A stretch of 64,000 nucleotides of DNA from Tricharina praecox (Eukaryota). Positions within the stretch are counted from its first letter, which is position 1. Each line of letters starts with the position of its first letter. Positions 47,646 to 60,331 of the stretch are shown piece after piece. The notes below the pieces were generated by a model that was given only the letters and a program-made list of their open reading frames with translations, was not told where the DNA came from and searched no databases. The stretch lies in NCBI RefSeq assembly GCF_024521635.1, contig NW_026250413.1, forward strand, positions 1,054,001-1,118,000. Direction: 5' to 3'. The position numbers were made by a program, and so were the translations under genes.

Positions 47646-48803
47646 GGTGACGATTTGAAGGATCGAAAAAAGAGTGAAAAGATCTGAAAGCTGAGAGAGA
47701 AGAGACTGTGATTGCTGTGCTGAGACAAGATGAGCTGATGATCGGAACCAGAGACTGCGGGATATCGACGGGTTATATAACTGCTCCCGTCGTGGAGGGA
47801 GAGCCATACTTTGGGTCCTATCTCGCTCCCACCTGCCGTAGTTGCTAGGGAGAAAGTGGGTTATGGGGGGATTCACAGCGAGCCAGAATGGATTTCGCCA
47901 TGGACGACGCCAGGAGAGCCCGAAGCTGCCAGATTCTTCACGGAGTGCGTAAGATGAAAGCCAATCCGGCCAGCCGGTGGAGGTGGAGATGGAGGTTTGG
48001 GATATTCGGAGCGACGCTGAAACACTCGGAAGGAGAAAGTTCTTTGGAGAGCTATGGAAGACACGCAATCGGACTAATTCGAAATCGAGCGGTATCCTAG
48101 AGTTTATCGGGGAAACTCTGAGCCCTTCATAATGTAGCACTCGGTGCGAAAGTAATGCCCCTCAATCCTTGTTCTCGTTCAGGCAAGTATTTCGGGCATT
48201 CAGCGCGAAGAAGCAGACACTATTATTAGTAGGGGGTGCCTCGTAAGTGAGGTTCTATGTAGGTTATCCGATGGTTGAATACGAGATAATCGGAGAGCAA
48301 GGTTGCTGTGCACTGGTAGAATACAGGATGATTGGATAGCAAAGTTACTGTTCACCGATCTTGCCGTCGATACCTCTCCTCCGTCGGCGAATTCCGTCGG
48401 CTCCAAACGCAAAGCCGGGCTCCATGATTTTATATAGCAGGCTCTGGCTAACTGTAGTAGTGGCTACCCCCTTGCAGCGCTTACCACCGCGCAATCGTGA
48501 ACCTACATAGCGGAAAGCTTTACCGCGGGGAGCGCTTGTATGTGGGGTAGTAGTAGCGAGATGGTTTGCCGCTACCAAACGTGGCACAAAAGTATAGCCC
48601 CTACCAAAGCCTGACTCCCGGATCGTCGCATGCGGATGACATTTTGTTCCGGTGGAACTTGCCGCATAAGATACAGACTTCACGACGTAGAATCGAGCTT
48701 CCCAGCACGGACTTCACTTTGGAGATTTGCGTGTAAAAAAATACGAAAGACTTCCATTACTATATTAGGACCAAAAACTACCTACATGAAGTATGTATCC
48801 CAG

Positions 48804-49919
48804 CTAATCATCGCCGAAAACGGAGAAAACATTCCCGCCGCTATTTCCCCCCTTCCTCCTGCGCCCACCAATCTTCGGCAACATCTTCTCGATAATATAC
48901 TTCTGCGTCTCGGGGCTCATATCGTCTCCACTGTACTTCTTAGTGCCCTCATTAGTGAACACGTGAAAATTGCTCGGGCCGGTCTCATCGTCGGGACCCG
49001 TCTTGATGCCGCCCACATTGACCTTATACTTGAGCGGGTGCTCTGGATCCGCCGCATGCTCGACCGTGACCTCGGGCATCGCCTGCTTAACCTCCTCCTC
49101 CTCCTCCTCCTCCTCCTCCTCCTCCTTCGCTGCCTGCTTCTCCGCCGCAGTCTTCTCGCCGCCCCACCGGTTCCGGCGGTCCTCCCGCTCACTGCTGTGC
49201 TTGTACTTATGGTCGCCGCGGGCGGCATCAATCAGCGCGCCCTGTCCGGCGATTCCCCAGCGGCCGCCCATGAAATCGAACGGCCTGGGCGCCTTCTCCT
49301 TCTCCTCCTCCTTCTCCTCCCCCTTCTTCTTCTCCCCCTTCTTCTTCTCCGGCCTTCCCTCACCCTCAGCCGGCCCCTTCGCTTCGGACGCAGGCTTCTC
49401 CGAAGCTTTCGGCTTCGGCGCCGGTGGCGGCGGCAGCGCCGCCGCCAGCTCCTCCTTCGACGCGTTCATCAGGTCGATCGGCGGCGGCGGCGGCGGCGGC
49501 GGCTGCATGAAATCCCCCTGGCCGGCGGTGGGGTCGACGCCGATAACGTGGTACTTCTCGAAGGGGTCGGTGTTGGGGGCGTTGGGGAAGAGGGGAGGTG
49601 CGGGGGAGTAGTAGGCGGGCGAGGTGTAGGGATCGTAGAGGCCCGGGTAGGACTGGGGGGGCTCGTATAGATACGGCGGCACAGGTTGCGCGCCGTAGGA
49701 GTTGGGGACGCCGTAGTACGCGGGCGGGCCGTAGGGGGGCGGCGGGAGCGCGTGCGGGTTGTATGGTGCGGCGCGGGCCGGCCCGCGGGACTGCCGAGGG
49801 TCCCGCCCGAAGAACTCGCCCTCCCATGGGCCGATGCCGGCGAATTGCGGGAGGGGAGCCGGGAGCGGCGCCGCGAGGACGAGCGGGAGGATCAGTAGGA
49901 GGAGGCAGTGGGAATGCAT
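48804..49919 (-). CDS. Secreted Pro-rich low-complexity protein (371 aa)
   Basis: Signal peptide MHSHCLLLLILPLVLAAPLPAPLPQ, a Pro/Tyr-rich region, Lys/Glu-rich tracts and dibasic sites. A TATA-like TATAAA lies upstream on the minus strand (~49990). Confidence 0.75.
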   Translation of the reverse strand: MHSHCLLLLILPLVLAAPLPAPLPQFAGIGPWEGEFFGRDPRQSRGPARAAPYNPHALPPPPYGPPAYYGVPNSYGAQPVPPYLYEPPQSYPGLYDPYTSPAYYSPAPPLFPNAPNTDPFEKYHVIGVDPTAGQGDFMQPPPPPPPPIDLMNASKEELAAALPPPPAPKPKASEKPASEAKGPAEGEGRPEKKKGEKKKGEEKEEEKEKAPRPFDFMGGRWGIAGQGALIDAARGDHKYKHSSEREDRRNRWGGEKTAAEKQAAKEEEEEEEEEEEVKQAMPEVTVEHAADPEHPLKYKVNVGGIKTGPDDETGPSNFHVFTNEGTKKYSGDDMSPETQKYIIEKMLPKIGGRRRKGGNSGGNVFSVFGDD

Positions 49920-50608
49920 CGCTAATGGAATAGTGACTGGGTGGGGAGGGGTGAGGGGGCGGGCGGGTGGGGGGGAAGGCGGGGTTTATATCCACCCCCC
50001 AGCAGGACGAGTGCGTGCGTGCGTGCGTGGTCTTTGCTGGAGAATGGAACGGATGGGCTGGGCGAAAAGCGTAAAAGTGTTAAAGTTGAAGACAGACTCA
50101 CGGCCATTACGTTGGTGCGCACTGGTCCGCGGTGTTGATATCCACTGGTCGGTGGCTATTTCGGGTTATACTTCGGTTCCAGCTGGAGTGGCCAGCTCTG
50201 AACAGTGGATAGGTTAGGTAAGTACTTGGTGTGATCGAGTGGTGTCGACTCTTGACTACCATAGCGGAGGAGGTTTCACACGTTTGGCAGCAGAAATAAC
50301 AGGCACTGATACCAAGAGCAGAAGAGCGCCCTCTACTACTAGTAGTAGACAGAGGTATCATCAGCAGCCATTCCACTATCCAGTGGTGAACATACGAGGT
50401 AGGTAGGGCGCCACCCGTCACACATTTGGTCAAACTTACATATCAAGCCCTATCTCAGCTTTTAGCTCCAGAAAGCCACCTTTCAACTTCCCGGGGCCGA
50501 ACGCAAAGATAATGCAAAGATGATAATGCAATGCAATAGAAGCAGCCATGTACCTGTCCACCTTTCCATCTGCTACGGTACCTACTCAACATAGATCACA
50601 CCCATAGG

Positions 50609-51030
50609 TAGTGGTCTACATCGTCCGGACGGGACGGACGGTTAAAACCCTGGATGGACGGTTGCAAAAGTTGTCCGTCAGATCCGAGGTGGTGCCGGAC
50701 GGGTCGGTCCCCGTCCGACGGTGGACGACGGCCGTCCAAGTTACGTGAATATGATTCGGCTGATTGATCATTTCTTAGCATCGATATCGTACGCACAACC
50801 GCGTCGGTTCATTCCTCACCGCTCCACAAGTTGTGAAAAGTAGCAGTATTCTGACTCGGACGCCTAAGGTGCGGCGCCCGGCCCTTATCACAACGCTCTA
50901 GGCACTATATCTCACTCGAATACCCAAGATCCACGCCCGAAATCAGGTTTTTGTCCAAGGCTTGGCGGACGGCCGTCCGCTGAAATAACCTTGGCCGTCC
51001 GTCCTCGTCCCAGGACGGACGGACCGGAAG
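50609..51030 (-). mobile_element. GGACGG/CCGTCC-rich MITE-like element, copy 3 (most complete)
   Basis: Its end TAGTGGTCTACATCGTCCGG (50609) matches the CAGTGTTCTCCATCGTCCGG terminus at 17/20 positions, consistent with a TIR. Internal parts align with copies 1 and 2. Confidence 0.6.
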
Positions 51031-52043
51031 ACGGGGGTGGGAAGTAACGGGAAGTAGGTAGGGCGGTACCCGCGAGAGAGAGGGTTTCCACTGCCGTGTG
51101 GAATGTGCCGTTACTGACATAATATATTCCCGTCGGCTTACTTGATCGTATACCTACAGCGCACGGTCGCTCAAGACCTTTTAAACACCGACTCACCGTC
51201 CCAGTCACCACCGCCTGCCACCCCAGAAATATCCCCTCTCGCTTCCCAGCTCCCAATTCCTCAAGTCCCCACAGTGCATGCATACCTACATGCATACCGC
51301 GTGCATAAAACGCCACCACTATCGGGCACCCGGCCCACCGGGCCATTTCCCCGAGTGACCTTTCATGATCCCCCATGACTCCCCATGACTCCCCATGACT
51401 CCCGGATATCCCATGCACCTCCCCCAGAGTGCTATAAAGTTATGAACAGCCGAGCCGGTCCGGGTACATTTATACCATACCACCACTACTTACCTGCCTG
51501 CCCTCCCTGCCCTGCCTGCCCTGCCTGCCCTGGCTGTCCGGCTTAATTACCCCCCATGCCAGCCAGCCCTTTCCGAGCTACCCAACCAGCGGCCCGATTA
51601 TCCGACGGCCCCGATATTAATTGCGCATAACTTATGTATGTGGTATGTGCATACCGTTTTCAATATATCTGATTCCAGGGGCTGGGAGGCGGGGGGCGCT
51701 ACCTACACAAGCTTTGCCACGCAGAGTAGGGGAAGTAAATGAGAGAGGGAGAGACAGCGGGAGATGGTTTGGTGTTCTGGTCCGGCGGCGGCGGCGGGAT
51801 GGGATTTGAGGGACGAGGTGGACGGGGCTTCCGTCTCTCCAGAGTACCGTACCTACTCCATCTAAGCCGTCTAGAGTAGCGAAAGCGAAATACGCTACAC
51901 GTGAGACGATGCGCTTCCACTGCGCGGAAAGTTTATATAAAATGCAGGCCGGCAGGAGATGGGTTTTGGCACGACTTTGCGAATTGCATGCCCCACTCAC
52001 TCACTCATTTTAACACTCCTACATACGGTTTTTGTTTTTTACG

Positions 52044-53275
52044 ATGGTCTCCTCCTCTACCGTGCTCGTCGCCCTGGCGGCAATGTTTGCGGTGGCAGTC
52101 AACGCCCAGAATGCAGCGTATCAGCAGGTTAGTAGATGGTCATGCTCCAACTTCCGTTTGATATGCCCGGGGTGCAATGGGCTAACCGCGGACTGGATCG
52201 CTGCAGTGTGGAGGTATATATTGTCGATCATGGATATATCCATCCAAAAGCAGGAATTAACATTTGCGGTAACTAGGCATGAACTGGGCTGGATCAGTCG
52301 CGTGCAGTACCGGCTATCACTGCGAGAAGCTCAACGAGTAAGTCCGTCCCTGCCCTGCCTAGCACTGCACTGCACTTTGTATCTTTCTGTTGTTGTTGCG
52401 GTTATCGTTGGGCGCAAAACACTGAATCCCCCCAGCTGGTATTCGCAATGTCTTCCGGGCGCGGGCTCCAGCACCACAGCGGCGGTGTCATCTAACACGG
52501 GCACCACCACTACCCGCAGCACGAGCAGCACCACCACCAGCACCGCCGGCGGCACGATCCCCACTGCTGGCGGCACCAGCCCCGGCTCGACGCTGCAGAA
52601 GGACTACCTCTGGATCCGGGCCGTCGCCGCGCCAAATTTCCACAAATACCTGCAGTCGCGGACAGCGCGTGAGCGCCCCCTCCCCTCCCGCTCCCCTACC
52701 GCCCGCACGCTGACCATTCCATTGCGTTCCAGGTACCGCCACGGACGCAATTATCGACTCGCCCACGACCGCGGGGCAGTTCAACGTAGTCGGCGGCCAG
52801 CTGGTGCAGCTAGTGGACACTGCGGGGACGCTGCTGTACGGGCACGTAGCTGCGCGGGTCGGGACCGAGACGCAGTTGAAGCTGACGTGGGAGGCGACGC
52901 CGGACACGTTCGGCACGTTTGCATTCCAGGGTTTGCCGCCCTCGCCCTCGCACAAAACGTGGATGTGGAAGGGAAGTGGAATTGGGAATTGATGGGCATT
53001 GGGTTAACGTATCAACCGCGTGTGTGGAGGCGATACTCTCACTTGGTCAGTGGCTAGCATCACTCGCCCGAATGTCGCCGCCTGGCTCGTCTGCGAGAAT
53101 CAGACGCTGTATGTTAACCTCGGCGCGTATCTGTACCTGACGCCGGATGGGTGTGCGGACCAGACGGTGAGTGCTGGTGATGTGGTGGTGGTGACGCTGG
53201 AGAGGCGAAGCAAGGAACTGATGTATGTGGTGGGAGCAGATTCACTACTACAATGGGGCTACGGCGGATGCTTAG
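52044..53275 (+). CDS. Secreted CBM1 (fungal cellulose-binding) protein with Thr/Ser linker and C-terminal domain
   Basis: Seven exons: 52044-52127, 52207-52213, 52277-52337, 52436-52668, 52733-52930, 53030-53166, 53240-53275. Spliced CBM1 [32 protein letters not shown]; C-terminal domain WIRAVAAPNFHKYLQS...GCADQTIHYYNG. Confidence 0.9.
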
Positions 53276-54600
53276 AGCGGTGGAGACGGGGTTACGTGGA
53301 AGACGGAAAGAAGGTGAGGGGAGGTGGGGCGTGGAAGAAGGAGGGGGAGGGAGGGGGAGGGGCAGATGGCCAGGAATCGAAATCGAGTGGTCGGAGATGT
53401 GCCGTTCCGTTGCCCGGTCCAGTATTTGGCAGATGGAGAGGAATCGAAGTCGAGTACTCGGAGATATGCCGTTTCGTCCGTGCGCCCAGCGACCACCATC
53501 TGTAGCCAGTCGTCAGGCAGGCACCTACCTACTACCTAGCTGCCCACATGAATCGTTGCCAATTCCCCGGCAGAAGTGAATCATATGTACCGTACTTTGT
53601 GGATAGTACAATGTATGTAAATACTAGGCAGTAATCCCCCCGGATCCTCAAGTACTTCCCGTCCGTTCCACCGTAGCACCCATAATCCATGGCAGCACGT
53701 TCCCCGCTTCCCCCCACCCCCCGCAATCCGGGATAACCGTCTATCAACTTAGGCAATCATTAACTAGGAAATCAGCAACTACATGGTACCTTGCATGATG
53801 CGAATCTCTTCCCCACTACGTTATAGGAACGCTTGACGGCTGAATATAAGCACTTTAAATACACGCATACATACCTCATACATACCTCATTCACACGAAC
53901 ACACATACAAACTTAGATACCAACCCACCGAGCTCATGCAGAATTCAGGCGGCATATCGACATGATATGTACGTAAATCGTCCGACTTTGCGGCGCGAGC
54001 ACCTTACCTCAATATGGAAGAAATCAGTCTGGCGGAGGAATAGATGCTCTGCTAGGTATTGCAGCCTTCGCGGGGGACGATAATGATGATCGATTAATAT
54101 CCATAGTAAGCGTGGCTGGCGGCATCCCGTACTTGCCGGCCCGCAATAACGAAACGAAACATGTGGAGTCTGCACACATGCACACATGCACATACATAAT
54201 TACACGCGTACCTGCCTCTAGAGTGTCTAGTAAACAATGCAACTGGATATAATACTGTATACGGGCCTTCGTTATGCCTTATGCGTAGATCGTGCCTTAT
54301 ACGATCACAGCACCCGGGTATGCGACGCTTACTCACTCTCGCGGTAATTCATCCAGAAACCCCCGCGTGTTGTTTATTGCCGTCTGCAGATCGGGCAATC
54401 ACCCAATCATCCAATCACTCCATCACTCAATCCGGAATGAGAAACAACAACAAGCACGAAGGCTGGGAAGCTTGGAGGCGGGGGGAGTGGGGAGATAGTG
54501 TGTGTGTGATTTGCAGGATAGGATAAACGAGGGGCAATGGGGGGTATAAACACCTCCCCACCGCCCCCTCCAAAGACCAGATTCCGCACCGACCTTCACA

Positions 54601-56339
54601 ATGTCACTACGAACCCTCGCGCTCAGCACGCTGCTTGCCGCCACCACCACCGCGCTGGTGTCGCAGGACGGAAAAACTGGAAAGCTCCCAGCTTTGGGAT
54701 TTAATTCCTGGAATGTATGTTCTCCCCTCGCCATGTAAAGGCTTGATTGTGGGGGGAGAAACGTGCTGATGATGTGCGGCGAGGGATAGGCGTTCAGATG
54801 CGATATCCACGAGAACAAGTTCCTGATCGCGGCGCAGGAAATGGTTGATCTCGGCCTGAAGGTTCTTCTTAGCTTGCCCCTCGAGGTCGAGGGGGAATGA
54901 GCGTGCTGACTCCCGCAGGACGCCGGCTACGAATACGTCAACATCGACGACTGCTGGTCGCTCAAGGAGCGCGACAACGTCACCCAGCGGATCATCCCGG
55001 ACCCGGAGCGGTTTCCGGAGGGAATCGCTGGCACCGCCGAGAAGGTCCATGCCCTCGGCCTGAAGCTCGGGATCTACTCCGATGCCGGCACACTGACTTG
55101 TGCTGGCTACCCGGGCTCCCTCGGGTACGAGGCCGTTGATGCGCAGACGTGGGAGGAGTGGGGCGTTGATTATCTCAAGTACGATAATTGCAATGTTCCG
55201 GCTAACTGGACGGATGTGGTATGTTGTTGTTCCATTCGATGGATGGATGGGGGTGAGGTGGTGGGTGGCAAGAACTGATGTGGTGGGTGCGTAGTATCAA
55301 TACTGGCCCGAATACTGGTACGGCACGTACGAGAACCAGACCGGCGGTACGCCCGCCCCCGCCGGCTACGACTTTAGCAAATCGCTGAGTGCCGAGCGCT
55401 ACCACCGCATGCGCGATGCGCTCCGTGCCCACGAGGGTGAATCCTCGATCCTGTACTCGCTCTGCAACTGGGGCCACGCGCACGTCGAGCGCTGGGGCAA
55501 TGAGACCGGGCAGAGCTGGAGGATGTGGGGCGACATCGTGCCGCAGTGGGATCAGCAACTGGATTGGTCGTGGGGATTTAGTGAGCGCTTCCTTCCTTCC
55601 TTCCTTCCTTCTTTCCGTGCAGTGAAACTGATGCGAATCGTGTAGTGCCTATTGTGAACCACGGCATCTTCTTCCTCGAGTGGAGCGGCTTCTGGGGCCA
55701 CAACGACCTCGACATGCTCGAGGTCGGCAACGGCAACCTGACCGCGGAGGAGACACGCACGCACTTTGGCCTGTGGGCCGCGCTCAAGTCGCCACTGCTG
55801 ATTGGCACTCCAGTACGCGCACTCCCTCCGCTCCCCCCCTTCGCGTCCGCTGCTAACAGACTCCCCACCAGCTCGACGCCATAACAGAGGCAGACCTCGC
55901 CGTGCTCAAGAACTGGGAGATCCTCGCGTTCAACCAGGACAATGCGTGGGGGGCGCCAGCGCTGCCCTACAAGTGGGGGATCAACCCGGCGTGGACGTGG
56001 AACCAGACGCACCCAGCCGAGTACTACTCCGGCGGGTCGACGCGCGGGATCCACGCGTTCATCGTGAACACGCTCGACCACACGGTTTCCAAGGCGGCGA
56101 ACTTTGCCGAGATCCCCGGGCTCGACGCGAAGAAGACCTACGAGGTCAGAGATATGTGGACTCACAAGAAACTTGGGAGCTACAAGAAGAAGTTTGAGTT
56201 CAAGCTTAAGGCTCATGATACTGCCGCGCTGCTGTTCACTGAGAAGGGCGGGAAGCACCCGCATCCGGGAAATCTTCCGCTGCCGGATATTTACAAGGGG
56301 AAGCCGAAGAGGTGGGTGCAGCCCGAGTTGAAGAAATAG
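54601..56339 (+). CDS. GH27 alpha-galactosidase (secreted)
   Basis: Six exons (54601-54714, 54790-54861, 54919-55218, 55295-55580, 55646-55812, 55872-56339). Motifs [61 protein letters not shown] and a C-terminal beta domain. Confidence 0.95.
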
Positions 56340-57465
56340 ATGGCTGGATGATGAGAGACGAGGAAATGTGTATGTAAGTATGGTACTCTATGTAGTAATG
56401 TCAATCCAGGAACTACGAGGTCGAGGATCGATACAAACAAAATCATGACACCGTGCAGAAAGTGGCTGAACTGGGGCGGTGGGGCTGAGCCACAGGTCAG
56501 CGTAGCGTATGTAAGCCACAAGATTTTCCGCGGTGGCCGTGGCACCGTGTTCGTGCGAGCTGAACTCGAACAAGAAGGCAAGCATGAGACATCTGACGTT
56601 TTTGAAATCCGCACTCGTAAGCAGCGTCGGTTGCAGTGACTTTTCTTCTTTCTTTCCTTCCGACGCGGAAAATAACTATACATATCCGTAGAGCGGGCGG
56701 TCCGATGCGGGGGCGGGGCGGGGCCGGGGCTCGGCGGGGGTGCGCGCGCTTGAGCTTGAGCTTGCGACGATTCTTCAGTTACATAACTACGGGGAACAAG
56801 CTTTTCTGAACCTCACCACCGTGCTGCGATGATCCATTTCCTCCATCACTTAGCTTGGTACGAAGTTCCTCGATCTTCCATTTGCGAGGCTGCGTCTCAC
56901 ATACGCAGGACTCAGGAGGCAGGGGGATGATGGATGGATAAATGCGATGGGATGAGTACTACATATACGTACCTAGATGACAGCTGGCATCACCCATCAG
57001 GGTCGGTCGTCGAGTGGAGTATTTTGTCCATATGAGAGATTTAAAATCTTTGGTGAGGAAGAGGGCCTCGAGCCGGGTGCGGGCCCGTCCTGTTTGGCGT
57101 GCGTCCATTCACGCTCTTGCACCGCCTGAATATTTTTTCTTTTACCCGAAACTTAGTGTACGCGCAATAGGGTTCTATCTTCTGCCGCCCTTGATTTTGA
57201 ATGGCGATGCTGCTGCTGCTGCTGTTGCTGCGCCCCCGGCTGCTGTGGCGCTAAGAGAATGGAAGGGAGGGGTGGGATGGATGGATCGATGGGATGGAGC
57301 TGGGTGGACCTGGATTAAAGAAAGCGCCCCTCCCTCCTCCTCCCTATTTCTTCCACACTCCTCCTCCTCCTCCTTCCCCTCCTCCTGTTCCTGTTCCTCC
57401 TCCTCCCACTCCTCACACGACTCCTCACCACCACCCCCTCGATAACCAAAACACGCTACACCACG

Positions 57466-58868
57466 ATGTCGCACCCAACCCCACCGCAGCCTACCGGCTC
57501 CCCCAACGCCGGCGGCCCCAGCATCGCCCCACCCCCGCTTCCGACCGGCTGGTAACCCACCCCCATCCCCCACTCCCTCACCCAGCGCGCTAACACACAC
57601 GCAGGATCCCGCAATGGGACCCCTCGACGCAGCGCTACTACTTCGTCCAGCCAGCGACCAACACGATCCAATGGGACGTTCCTACCGAGGGAACACCAGC
57701 GCCCGAGCACAGCCCGTACCCAGCGCCAGAGTACGGTCTCGCACAGCAGCAGCAGGGACAGCCGGGAGCGGGAGAACAGCAGACGCGCGGCGGGCTAGGC
57801 TCGATGGCGGGCGGGCTCGCGAACAGCTTCCTGGGCGGCGGAAAGAAGAACAGTCACGGCTCTAGCGGCGGCGCGGGCGGGCTGGTCGGGACGCTGGCGA
57901 GCGGCATCCTCGGCGGCGGGAAGCAGTCCTCGGGAGGTCATGGTGGTGGGCATGGTGGTAGTGGCGGGGGTGCCGGTGGCCTGGTGGGCAGTCTGGCTAG
58001 TGGGCTGTTGGGCGGCGGGAAGAACTCGGGCGGGAAGCACTCCGGCGGGCATAGCAGTGGTGGTCACGGCAGTGGTGGTCACGGCAGCGGCGGCCATGGT
58101 AGCAGCGGGCATGGTAGCAGTGGTGGCGGCGGCGGATTGCTCGGCCAGGCTTCTGGGCTGGCTTCTGGGCTGCTGGGAGGTGGTAAGAAGAGCAGTGGAG
58201 GATCGCACGGTAGCGGAGGCGGCGGCGGTCTCGGCGGTATGCTCGGCGGTGTTCTCGGCGGTGGTAGCAGCGCACAGCACGGTGGACAGCACGGTGGCTC
58301 TCACGGCGCGCAGCCGCATCAGCAGGTACGTTCCCATCCCTCCCCAGCGAATGATGCCTCCCATGACTAACGCGCAAAACAGCAGTACGGCGGATCCTCC
58401 CACGAGACTCCATCATACGGTGGTGGTGCCCACGGCGCTCACGGCTCGCCCGCTCACGGCTCCCCCTCGCACACGCCCTACCAGCAGACACCGCCCTACG
58501 GCGGGCAGGCGCAATACGGCGGCGCGCCCCCACCGCAGAACTACGGCGGCTACGGCAACGCATCGAACTACCCGCCGCAGCAGCAGCAGCAACATCAGCA
58601 GCAGCAACATCAGCAGCAGCACCAGCATCAGCAGCACCAGCAGCAGCACTTCGGCGGCGCGTCCACGCCTTCCTACGCCCCCCCTCCGAACCAGCAGCAC
58701 TACGGAGGTGGCGCCCCACCAAACCAGCAGTACGGTGGCGGATACCCAGGCGGTGCGTACCAGTCCCAGCAGCCGGGCGGACAGCAGGGCGGCTACCACG
58801 GTACCCCGCCGCCGAATAGCTACCAGCCCGGTCCTGGCGGCTACGGTCCCCCGCCTGGCCAGCATTAG
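57466..58868 (+). CDS. WW-domain protein with Gly/His-rich and Gln/Tyr/Pro-rich low-complexity regions
   Basis: join(57466..57551,57605..58325,58383..58868). WW domain PPLPTGW/IPQWDPSTQRYYFVQPATNTIQWDVP, repeated GLxxxLASGLLGGGK, and a poly-Q/H tract. Confidence 0.85.
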
Positions 58869-59552
58869 TCGGTTGATCGAGTGTGGTCGCGGCGTCGCTT
58901 TCTTTTGTCGGAGCAGCTGGTTAATACGGGCACGGGTACGGTAGGCGGGAAGTGGGTTTTTGTCTTTTCGCTTTTTCGCTTTTCGTTTGTCTGGGTTTCA
59001 AGTCTGTTCTGCTGTCTTTTTTGTTCGGCTGGCTGGGAGGATGGATGGGACGCGATTGGATTGGATTGAATGGGATGCGATATGATGAGAAATGATAAAA
59101 TACTTGGATACCAATTTACTCTAATGATTACGCGCATTTGATGGAGTGGTGATGGTGACGAGAATGAAACTGTTGGTTGGCTCACGATGAGGTGCAAAGC
59201 GTTGAGTTCAGTTTCTCGTAGCTCTCGTTTTTTGTGGGGCGCAACAACCGACACGACAACCGAGATGCCGAGCGTCCAATAATCTTGTTTGACGACATCT
59301 CCTTTGTTTCGGTGGCAATATCATAACCAACGTTTCATCTCACATCAAACAAAAAAAAAGGTTCAGTTCAGTTGAGTTCAGTACCATCAATTCTATGTAT
59401 CACATTCACATCCATGATACCACCCACCTCAACATTTTTTTACCCACCGCACGCCGCATTACCCAACCGTAGTCCGTATAGAGGATATCCCATAACGTGC
59501 CAAATAAAAAAGAAAAAAGAAAAAAGACCCCCCATTACATTTGTTTTTCTTT

Positions 59553-60331
59553 CTACTCGTCCTTGACACCGCCGCGTCCGCTCTTCTCGGCACTCTCGAT
59601 GCGCTTCTTGTTGGGCGCCGGGGCGGCATCGCCTCCGGTCATGCCCTGCATCAGTCCGCCAGACTTCCATGGCCGCTTGAGGTCGCCGATAGCGGGCTTA
59701 CCAAAGATGTAGACCTGCACCAGCTTGCTCTCGAGCGCGGACTTGACGGGGATGATGCCTGTTTTCTTTGTCAGCTCTCGCCCTCACAGTTTCATTCATT
59801 GGAAGGGGGGAGGGGTGGCGTACTCTGGATCAGCAGCGGGTTGGTGTAGTGGAAGTAGATGTGCATCACGCCCATCATGCCCACGCCCATCAGCACGCCC
59901 TTGAACGCCGCCTTGAGCTGCGAGTTGTCGTACTCGTTCACCGTCGTGGTTACGGGCTTGGCCTCCTCGCCCGACATGGGCGCCGCTGGCTCAAGGTACT
60001 TGAATGTCGTATGGTCTTTTCGCGCGTCAGCGCGCCATTCCTTCCTTCATTTCCTTTGTGCGTAAGACGGAGGGGGATAACGAACCGTTCTTCTTCTTGA
60101 TCAGCGAGCCGACGTAGAGGTACAGGCCGAGGATGATGACGTTACTGAGGATGTACATTCCGCGGATGCCGTTGAGCCATGTGGGGTCTTCGAAGGGGAT
60201 GCGTTTGGACACTTGCATCATCCCCAGGATGACGACGAGGTTGGTGCTGGAAGGAAGTTCATGTTAGTTTCGCGGCTGTGGGAGGGGGGGAGATGAGGTG
60301 GAGGCGAGGGAACGAACATTTGCGGGTTCAT
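59553..60331 (-). CDS. PHO88: SRP-independent targeting protein Snd3/Pho88
   Basis: Multi-exon gene: MNPQI/TNLVVILGMMQVSKRIPFEDP, KYLEPAAPMSGEE..TTTVNEYD, MHIYFHYTNPLLIQS/IIPVKSALES, FGKPAIGDLKRPW. Confidence 0.93.
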
